From Spironucleus salmonicida (taxonomy: Eukaryota), in NCBI RefSeq assembly GCF_000497125.1, contig NC_090599.1, positions 1,612,001 through 1,676,000 on the forward strand: 64,000 nucleotides of DNA. The letters run 5' to 3'. This document shows positions 53,201 through 64,000 of the stretch, in pieces. Both the position numbers and the translations under genes were made by a program. The notes under the pieces were generated by a model, which ran no database searches, was not told the DNA's origin, and saw only the letters and a program-made list of their open reading frames with translations. Numbering within the stretch: the stretch's first letter is position 1; every line of letters begins with the position of its first letter.

Positions 53201-54654
53201 AAACTCAGAAGTAGTGGCCGTTTTAAACTATCAGCTGATGACGAAATTTATTGAAACGTTTTCGTAAAATATATTCGACGCAGAATAAATCAAGTTCTTT
53301 TCATAAGACCTTTCCAAGTTTTTTAGTCGAAGCATCCTATTAGAGTTTTTGAATGCCATTTTGCTAGTTATGATTATTTCCAGGCAGTCTAATACTTTAC
53401 TCGATAATTTAAAGAAGGTTATGCAGACTCTAAACTGCAGAAGTGTATATGTACAGGCTATTGTCAATAATAAGATAAAAATAACCTTTTATTAAAATCT
53501 GGTGGAAGCATTTGCGCAAGACGATCAATAAATCATGTTCTTGAATCCAACGCTAGATTATGCGCTACATGAATTTAGTGATAACAACAGGGCTTATGAT
53601 CACAAAGGGGAGGATGCAGCTGTATATAACTAAATACTCAAAGACTCAGTATAGGCTGCGTGCGAAGCGTTCGAGATTTTAGTAAGATAAGAAAAAATTG
53701 CATCGTTAATTATAATAATCCCGTTTGACAAAAAAATGTGTTTTTAGCCTGTACTAGATCAAGATCACAAAATTTTTGATTTCATCATCACATTCCATGG
53801 GTATGACGATATTACTTTACCATTAGAAATGATAGAAGGTTGTTATGTGTTGCCAGTAGAGTATGGACACCATATACCGGACTTCCTGAACTAAAAAATC
53901 ATGCCATTTGGCCTTAAAAATGTATTGCAGATAGGTCTGGATTCAAAAACGGCAGATTTGATCTTTGAATATACTGGTGAGGAAAATGATAATGATATGC
54001 TCTATATGAGTGCATCTGCGTTAGTTACGCAGGAGCAAGAGAAAGAGAAAGCTAAAAATGATGAGCGTATTAAAAAAATTTTAGACCTAACCAACGACAG
54101 TAGAAAGTATCAGTTCTATTAGTTGACATAAGAAGATGAGTACATCACTATTTTCGATAGTTTTATTCAGAAGAAGCATGAATTTAGCATAGTCAACTAT
54201 TTAGGCAAGATTTACATATTTGTCAAGAAATCTGAAGACCTAAACATTGAGACTAGCTTGCCTAACTTAACCGGTCTGGTGAGTGTAGAGCCCGTACAGG
54301 AACTAAGCTTTTTTAATTAGGTATTCGATTCTAGACAAACAATCTTTTGTTGCGATAAGTTTTTGTTAAAATAAAAACCCTACACTATTATTTTACTAGA
54401 TCTTAGATTTATTAAAGATCCATCGTTTATGATTGCAAAATTAAATAATCTATTTAGCATACTGAAAATTAAAAATAATTTTACTTACTTTTAGTTTACT
54501 TTCAAAGAGAAGATTGCTGTATCTTAGCTCTTAGACTAAATGTAATTAAGTGTAGTATTTTAGCGAAAATTTAAAAGCTAGACTATATTTTGCGTCAAGC
54601 ATATGTCAAGTTTTGATACACGATAAGAACCAGTGCAAAAGCCATCGATTAAGG

Positions 54655-54659
<5 letters not shown>
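50226..54659 (+). CDS. Large lineage-specific hypothetical protein, paralogue 1 (1477 aa to first TGA; about 1724 aa if the +1 frameshift is bridged)
   Basis: MTADLSIEFELLPP... is in frame with track ORFs 51033 and 53901, with a C/T-rich tract upstream. Homologous to the gene at 59932. Frame was spot-checked, not read in full. Confidence 0.8.
50644..52797 (+). repeat. Near-identical ~2.15 kb direct repeat, copy 1 (copy 2 at 60350-62503)
   Basis: Only a handful of substitutions visible by eye, near the ends. The track shows identical 69-aa and 72-aa ORFs in both copies. Confidence 0.92.
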
Positions 54660-55401
<742 letters not shown>

Positions 55402-58400
55402 TTTTCAAAAATAAATAATCAAATGAGATAGTTTCAGTACCATTAGCAGGTATAGGCAGGATTAATGATATGCTTAAACTAAAAAATGGAATCATTTATC
55501 TCCTATCTAACAAGTATATAGTTATTATAATGTCTACAAATTGTAATTGCATGCTTTGCTAAAATCAAATACCTAAATGGATACCTAAGGGGAAGCTATG
55601 TTTTTACTAGGTCGTTGCGCAGTGCTGTCGAGAATGTTACCATTAACATTGTATTCTCCAATGTAACTATATCTAACTCTAAATTCCTATATAAATTGTT
55701 TACTAGAATTTTGTATTCCCGAGAGCCATGTGGAGTTCTAGAGTTGTGTATAAGAATAAGTGACTTTACTAGCATTCTAAGTTATAGTACAGTAGTAAAA
55801 ATGTTTATGCTAATTTTAGCAGAATTGACTACGATATTTAGCTGAAAAGAAACCTCTGTGCACCTCTAGCTGCTCAGTCGAAAGACTTTCTGCCGTAACT
55901 ACTAACAATGAACAGTATTTTAATTGTAGGTTATGCTAATCAAGTCTAGTGGGTTTAAAATAGTATGAGTCTAGATGCTTGGTGCTACATGTACAGAAGT
56001 GCTGAGGATAAAGTATTTTGGATCACATTCATGATTTACAGCATTTTCATATATAAGACTCCTTAAGCCTAATGGTTAGCACTCACAGGCAGCCACCAAA
56101 GGATGCACAAGTATAGAGTTAATTGATTATTTAGTGTAAAGTCTCTAGTTTGCATAAATCTCATTAATATATACATGTTTCGTAACTATGATTTTAACGG
56201 AATACGAAAATGGTAAATTGTTTAGACGTCTGGGAGGCGTAGGTGAAAGTATACTAATTCGTTAATTTATAGATCTATTCATAGCAGCAAAGGAAACACA
56301 AATCATTTTATTAAAATCAACACCAGATTAAATTAGACCCTAGAAATCGTACTACCATCATTACCGGAGAAGTTTTTGAAAAAATTATACGAATAAAGGA
56401 ATATAAAATTAAGTAAAAAGATTTAGAATATTATCAAAAATATTATTTTGATGATTAAAATGACATAGTAACTATTTCAATTTATAGTAATTGATCGCGA
56501 GACTGTAACAGTTTATAAAATAAAATTATAACTAGAAGTACGGCTGATTTAGACTAGGAAAGATGCATATCATGCAAAGACTAATTTGTTAAATGCTTAG
56601 TAATGACTATAGCATTATTCAATCTGATGTTCACTTGTACTTATGTTATACTGCTATGCTATATATTGGAAAGTATTAGAGAATATTTCGATAATCTAAC
56701 AAAACTAAATCGAGCGAGGGTTTGGAAAATTTATAACTGATTATTGCTTATATATTAAAAAAAACATAACAAATTAACAGTTACTTTAAGCCTAGCAGTT
56801 TTCACGTTCACTAGATAGCTAGTATCTAGGTTATCGAAATGTTTAGGTTAAAGACTAACCACTTATGATAATATATGAGAGACTGCTATCACACACTCAA
56901 CGGAACTAGCTGAGTTGGGATACATCTTATATGGATTAGGGTAAGCAAGTATAAAAATTATATTAACTGAAAGCTTTGCAAAATTTATACCTAACTAGTG
57001 TAGCAAATAGGTAATCAAACTCATAATAGCGCAACAGGTTCTCTGCTTTGGAACATCCATGATAGTGTATGATATACTATTGTTTTACTAGATAGGAGTT
57101 AGCAGAGCGAATCCGAGTAACAATAATAAAAGCAAGTGAAATTCTTGTGCAAGATGTATCAGTAGGCGCTCAGGATGTGAGATTCGCCAAGATATGTAAA
57201 GACATATTACTAAATATATTATTCGTGTAGCATTATATTGCTCTATGTATTTGAGAGGAGTGATCCTGATATCTTGGGCTGCTAGAGCGCTTATTTTACT
57301 ACTTGGGTATTTCATAACTATGCAGATATATAATATATTAGCAAGGCGCACAGTAGGTAATTAGCTGGCATATAGAAACTAAATACAAAATAGATTTAAA
57401 AGCTTACCCATAATTAGTATATTTCGATGCAGTTGGTAATAATTACAATACTAGTTTAGGTAAAGATCGTTTGCTCAGTATTAGACATGATCTGCATGAT
57501 GTATTTAACTTAACTAATCCTGCACAGTATCAAATTTACCCCTAGCACTATGCACTAAATTGTTGCTAATGCATTCCATAGGATATAAGGTTCTGGTTTT
57601 GAGTCACAAATATGCTATGAATTATAAGAATATTAAGTATTTAGAACTAATTAGTTTTAACCTGAATTTTTGATCTAAAATAATGCTAAATGTTTACAAT
57701 ATATATTAAATACCAATATAGTATAATCAGTAAACAAAACTTATACTAGTAAATATAAATATAACTAAATCTTTTCATATGCATACTTTGAGTTTCCCTA
57801 TATAATAACACTAGCTATGCATATTTTTATAATATATCATATGATATAATTTTAATTATCAGAGCAGTAATTTTAAAGCCTTAAATATCGCAGCCTTCCA
57901 TCGATAGCGGAAGCGCTTTAAAAATCGAGATTTCATATTTTATTATACATTAAATTTAACTAAAATGCTATTCCTTCAAAATGCGTTCAATAAGTTACCC
58001 AGACAATTCACAAGCGCCATTTGGCTAATGCTATCCACTACATATCGAATGTACCTATCATACCTCCATTTATCACTATTTCATCATTTCTGATACCGCC
58101 AAGAGTAAATGCAAAGCACCCTGCAAACCGATCCTCAGAAGTTTAAAAGCAGCATCGTCAAGATGTCCCAAACGGTACGGTTTGTAATTCTGCAAAATTC
58201 TCTCATTGAACCGATTTAAGGTTGATCGATTCGTGAAATTTCAGCGGAAATTTGGTCCATAACTGCATGGAATCTCGAGAGCGCGAGAGCGAAGTTTACA
58301 CTGAAGGGAATTTATTAGGGACGAAGTTGCATGAGCTGCACGAAATCTAGAGATTTGGGAGCGGACAGGGCAAGTGAAAATGTGGCTATTAGGTAGTGGC

Positions 58401-59931
58401 GGCGGGGTTGGGTAGGATTGTGATGGGTATTGGAGCGGGAATTTGGATTGCAAAATGGATTTTAAAGAGGAGGAGGGGTGTGGTTTATGGAAATGGGGGC
58501 ATTTTAACTAGGGTAGGTGACAGGTAAAGTGAAGGTGAGCAGTGGGTGGAATTTCGGGTTTGGGGAATACGGCTCGGGGGGATACGGGAGGTGGTAATGG
58601 GAAAAGGATTGCCGGGAAATCTTAATTTTCCAGTATTGAGGATTTCATTTAATTGAATTGCTAGCAGGAAGATAGAGGAATATGATAAGGGCGTAATCAG
58701 AAACGGCGTAATTTGGGCAGTAAAAATGTTAGTTCAGCAAAACTTCTCACTGATCGCGGTAATTGCAGTAAGAAGTAAAGATGCGATTGCTGTGGAAAGT
58801 GCATGAGTAATTTAAAAACTGACCAAAGTTCCCAGTAACCTCAGCAAGGTAGCAGCGGTATGTAGCACCAAAATACATACGGAACGCAGGAATATTTGAC
58901 GCGTATAGGAATATCGCTTAGGTTAATTTGCGATTTAGGATACTATGGGAATACTGGGTGATAAGTCTGCATTGGGAGTATCAACTGTTATGGTTTATTG
59001 CTGGTTTGTATATTTAGGGAGGTAGCAGTTCGGAAGACGAAGGTGGTAGGGTGGTGCTTGAATGATAAAAGGATAGCTAAATTAGAATTTCATTATTCAT
59101 TTAGTTTAGTGATGCCTACCGACGCTGGGCTGGAGATGCAGGGCGACTTGAGTTGATGCGTTTATTTTATATTGTATACTAATATATAATAGGTTCGTAA
59201 TACATAATTGGAAAGAATGCAAGCGGAAATGGGATGCGATGCCAAATCGGAATGCTGAAAGAGCTAGCTTGATAATAATATTATATGGACATAAGGATGA
59301 TACTATACGCGATATAATCAATTTTACCATTACGGTAATATCGAAGCAGAGCATCGTGATATTTTAGCGCTGACGCACCATTTGAGTGCATCGACAGAAA
59401 TTTATTGGAAATGCAGACACAGCCAGCTGGGAAGGTTATACCATGAGTAGCTGCTACGAGGGCTAGTTTCCTGCAATTTGCTTGTTTCCATAATTATTGG
59501 TTGAGGTCTCAGGGTGGTGGAAGGTCTATAGTAGAGAAGTTTCATAAACAAAATTCTGCGAACTTCCTGATAACGGTGTCCAGAGTGTTATGTTATTGAT
59601 ATATGATGCCGCGGACGTAGTGGAGTGAGTGACGCAGTCCACAGTGCACGAGAGCTGGATACTCACCTCTACCATACAACGCAAGGAGAGGCAGATCACT
59701 GTGTCAGGAAATACATACAGGATGCACAATAAATATTATAATTGGCTTGCGCTGAAGGACGGGTAGCACGCCAATCTGCCTAGAGGGCCACGCCAATAGA
59801 GACCTTGTCTGCAATTTTTAATATATTATTAAATATAGTATTATATACAATACTACCAGTTTATATGATATATAGCTGAAAGTGCAATTACTTACTACCT
59901 AACATATTTAATTACACAGGTTTTACTCTAA

Positions 59932-62900
59932 ATGACAAATCCACTATCAGTAGACTTCGCAGTGCACCAATACGCGATTTGTGATGGAAAAGTAAAAGTA
60001 GAAAGAAATACCTAGGAGCTGCTCACGTTTACCATAGAAGGCAGCGAAATCAGATAGTCCAGACAGTTGGACATGAGTTGCAGGTACATACTCAGATCCA
60101 ATATTACCACCAAGGCGCAGCTGTGCGCGGTATAGGTAGTCCTGCTCTACAAGAAGCTGGGGAAAATTGCTCAGAATGTGCTGTTTTAGATATCACAGGT
60201 TGAAAAGATAATTAACTCGCGAGATCCAAAATTTTGGGATAATATAGGCCTAGTTGCAACACAGATGGGGCTTATGGTACTTTCGATAAAATGCACCTGC
60301 GACTATTATTTTGCTAAATTTGCATAGAGCATCGAATATTATGATCTGCAGTATTTTTCGCTTTACAATAGTTTCGACACGGAATAACTTCTCTAGCCTG
60401 AAGTTATAGAAGATTTAAATTTTCATGAAAATCAGGTACTGTTGTAGCTAGCAGCTATTAAGTACCAGACGGTAGGAGAGTATCCTCTAATTCTGCCGTT
60501 GATTTTTGGCTACTCTGCATTCAGGTTGTATGATACTTAGTTTAAAAAGTTAAAGAGGTATAAGTAGGAAAAATAATTGTATGGTAAAGACTTGGATTTG
60601 CTTAGAAAAATATTTTCTGTATCTAATAAGATTTACAATGGAGAAGCATTCACAGAAAAAGAACAGTTGAAATAATTTGATCTTATAAATCTGTTCCAGC
60701 TCCCCACCCACTTTCTCGGCACCGGGATCTGCCTGTTCATGTTCCAACAGCTCTGCCACGTGTCCTACCTCTTCAAGGCGGAGTATTTTGCATTATTCTC
60801 GTTGGTTAAAAATGATCTTAACGACACTCTTACGAATGCTGTCATAAGCCAGAGCTCCAAATCTGGGAAAAGCGTAGCTCTCTACACGCAGTACTTTTTC
60901 CACCTCCTGAAGGGGAATGTTCCAATTTTGCTCAATAAGGAAGGATCTGATGAGTAACCTCTATATAAGTACAGGACACACTCATTTCACGAGCAACTAG
61001 TTGCCTAGTATAAAAATACATTCAAGTTGCAGGATTTAAAAAATTACAAAGAAAAAGTACTTGCTGATGTTTGTAAATTCCATACCTTTCAGTTGGAAAG
61101 CTTAGACTAGATGTCTTTTATTTACTAGACTATGATTATATTTATTAACAAAATTCAGGGCAACTTGTAATTAGTTCAAAAGCTAAAATACGATAATTCT
61201 ATATAGTTGCAATTCGATTAACTAAAAGTAGCTTCGTTTTTCATTATAGATACTGCAAATATTATAAATGATATAGACTAAGTATTTCTTGAATAACAAA
61301 AGCGAAATAATATATAATTGAAGCACCCTATCATTTTGGTAGATGAGTGCTTGCAGTCATAGAAGGAGAAGTTTTCGAAATGCGTTAAGTTGTGTTAGTT
61401 ATTGTTCGTATATTACGAGAAAAAGCTAATCAAGTTTGGTAAGAAACGGTATGCTAAGATTTAAGCAACACTTTCTATTCAAGAATTTTAAAAGATAGAC
61501 ATATTAGGAGATGTCAAAAACAAAAAATATAATTTAGCTATCAATGTTATTTCACAACTTCTGAACATTAACTTGTTGGCAGCAGCAAAGCAAAAACTGA
61601 ACTAACTTAGTGTGACAGGTCGATTCTAAAATAAAGGTATAGACTTGTACCAAACTCTTGAAGACATCATAGCCAGTATATAGTTTAAGCAAAAAAATGA
61701 GATATTTAGTATTATGCAGTCCAACTAATAAGTTATAATAGAATATTTTAAATCACTCAAGGACATACTAGGAAAATCAGAATATATTCACATAGCTATG
61801 GAGTACCTTCACCTCGAGATTGCTGATTACGACATTCTTGACGAGTTAGTTGTTTACTCACCGCAGATATTGAATATTAGGAACAGATAAACATTTCGAT
61901 AGATATTCTTTAAGGGAATGGTGTCGTACAGGAATCGGGTCCAGTACTATTAAGATTTTGAAACGAATTTCTACAAATTGATCCTATCGTTGTTCAACCC
62001 CAGAGGGGTCGAAACAGCGTTTTGGAAAACATTTTCAGTTATTGCATTTAAGAAAATTGAAGAGAGCTAAGTGGATGACTAGTTATCCAAGGATAAAAAA
62101 GAAGAAAAAACTACTGGTGAGAATACTTCCTCTAAAGGTTAGCAGGGCATGCTAAAATAATATTGGTCTTCTTCAGTCCAGTCTTTAATATGCGAATATT
62201 TTATGAATATAAATACAAAGAATTTACATTAAAATCTATAATTGATGATTGAAAAACTACCAAAAATGGTTGAAAAATACAGTACTAAATACGAGACACC
62301 TAATTTTGATTATGTTACGGTTATAATGGTGGGAACAGACCTTACCGTCATAAATTTCCTTACAGTCAATTAATTTTCCTATAATATCTTATCAAGCAGA
62401 GTGGGTGAAAAGTATATTAACGCATAGATATTAGGATATGTTCAGCCTCACGCGTCATTGCTGTCTAGCTTTCAGTACGAGCAGCGTCGGATGGTAGTGG
62501 ATGACAAAAGTTATAAGTATTCTATTAATAATATAGAATAATCAGTTAGTGATTTTGCTATACACACCCCAATTTTGGTATCGCTACTGTACTCGATGAT
62601 GACGGAGAAGTCGGTTGAGATGCAGTTCATGTGCTCCTCGGTGTGTCCATCTATATGGTTTCAGTATAACTAAAAAATATTAAATTTCAATGCAACCAGC
62701 AAGCATGTAGTCAGTTTTTGTATAGAAGGTAAAAAGTAAATTCCAGAGCAAACTATGTATCAGTTTGATAGCCTCACCTAAACCTATAACAATATTATCA
62801 TACACAAAGGTGTTAGTAAAAATACTAAATTTAAGCTCACAAAAGGACATGCTCATTTTGAATTACTACAGGAGAATCAGAATTATAATATCAGCTGCAT

Positions 62901-64000
62901 TGCATCATCGACTCTGAACTACGAGGTGGTATCCGTTTTGAACTATCAGCTCATGCTTACATTCATAGAGTAATATTCAACCTCATAGATAGATGAAGCA
63001 GAGGCTTAAGATACTCTGTAGTAACTGTCTAAATTTTTCAAGAGAAGCGTGTTGCTTGAATTTATGCAGGTCATCCTGTTCATGGCGAAGCTCACATGGC
63101 AGTCGGCAACCCTAATTAGGAACATTTACCTGATTATGAGGTACGTGGACACTGGGCATATCTACGTCTAATACGTGCATGGTGGAAGTATTACTGCAGC
63201 GAAAAGCGAGAGTATTTTTAGTTTGCTGAGAAGAACGTCCGTGCCGCATAAGTTTATGTTCCTAAACCCCACCTTTGACTATGCGTTCTAAAATTTTAAT
63301 AAAGACCCAACTATTTCTATATATGAATAGGTACTGGATGATTCGGTAGCAGCTGCGAACGAAACTTTTCAGTTGCTGCGTTATAGATCACCCGCCTAGA
63401 CAGAAAGTACTAACAAAGAGGACGAATCCTCCATCAAAGAAGCCATTGTGGAGTAGGATGGTGGAACTCAGGATGATGTTAGCAGCACAACCTAGATTGA
63501 AAGTACCACCAAAAAAGGGAATCCTCCACCACAGAAGTCAATATGGAGTAGAATATAGGATCGTACTAAGATGTTGTTAATGCAGGTATATACGATAAAA
63601 ACTATATCGCAGGAGAATCAGTGCAAGGCATAGGAAAACTTAAAATACTAAGAAACATGCCCTATGCTAATTATCGTGATCCCTTTCAACAAGAAGATGT
63701 GCTTTACGGATAGTTTGGACAAAGCAAGGCACAAAATATTTGACTTCATCGTCACGTTCCACGGGTACCCTGACCTCGGTTTAGAGAAAATAGATGGCTG
63801 CCAAGTGCTTCCGATAGAGTGCGGTCACCATGTCCCCGAAGTGTTGGCCGAAAAGGTTAAAGCGTTCACGCTTTAATAATGTATTGCAGATTGGACTTGA
63901 TAAGAAAGGAGCACACCTGATATTAGACGTTAACTATAAATCTTAAAATTGGTAATATAATTTGTAAAAAGCTGAAGATTTAGTAAAGCTGCAGTAATAA
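59932..64000 (+). CDS. Paralogue 2 of the large hypothetical protein; +1 frameshift at ~63874 (in-frame TGA at 63898-63900), homologous frame runs off the window
   Basis: Offset of exactly 9706 bp from paralogue 1 at the ATG and internally. After CTT-T the +1 frame reads NNVLQIGLDKKGAHLILD, versus KNVLQIGLDSKTADLIFE in copy 1. Confidence 0.8.
60350..62503 (+). repeat. Near-identical ~2.15 kb direct repeat, copy 2
   Basis: Matches 50644-52797 at offset 9706. Confidence 0.92.

Overview
Eukaryotic, AT-rich, gene-dense DNA with no introns detected. It uses the variant nuclear code TAA/TAG = Gln with TGA as the only stop, which is why the supplied standard-code ORF track is fragmented. The code, tiny intergenic spaces, AGTGA overlapping stop codons and a Protein 21.1-type ankyrin gene point to a hexamitid diplomonad, probably Spironucleus (inference). 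Retranslated by hand, 1-39.6 kb holds about 22 tightly packed genes: an EF-hand/WD40 protein, a DUF4485-like protein, an ankyrin protein, CFAP20DC, topoisomerase II, a GH26-like/Cys-rich surface protein, an LRR protein, USP14/Ubp6, a RING-less Not4-like protein, IFT172, a flavodoxin, a HAUS6-like protein and several hypotheticals. The 39.9-64 kb part is gene-poor. It contains a 7.4 kb higher-order tandem array (15 copies of a ~341-bp A unit interleaved with a ~329-bp B unit) and two large paralogous genes 9706 bp apart that share a near-identical 2.15 kb tract and each carry a +1 frameshift. Most interesting: an apparently catalytically dead GH26-like domain on a Cys-rich surface stalk, recurrent GC-rich islands with a C-to-G strand-skew inversion, the fold-back satellite array, and the frameshifted paralogues. 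All family calls rest on motifs recognised by eye; no searches were run.
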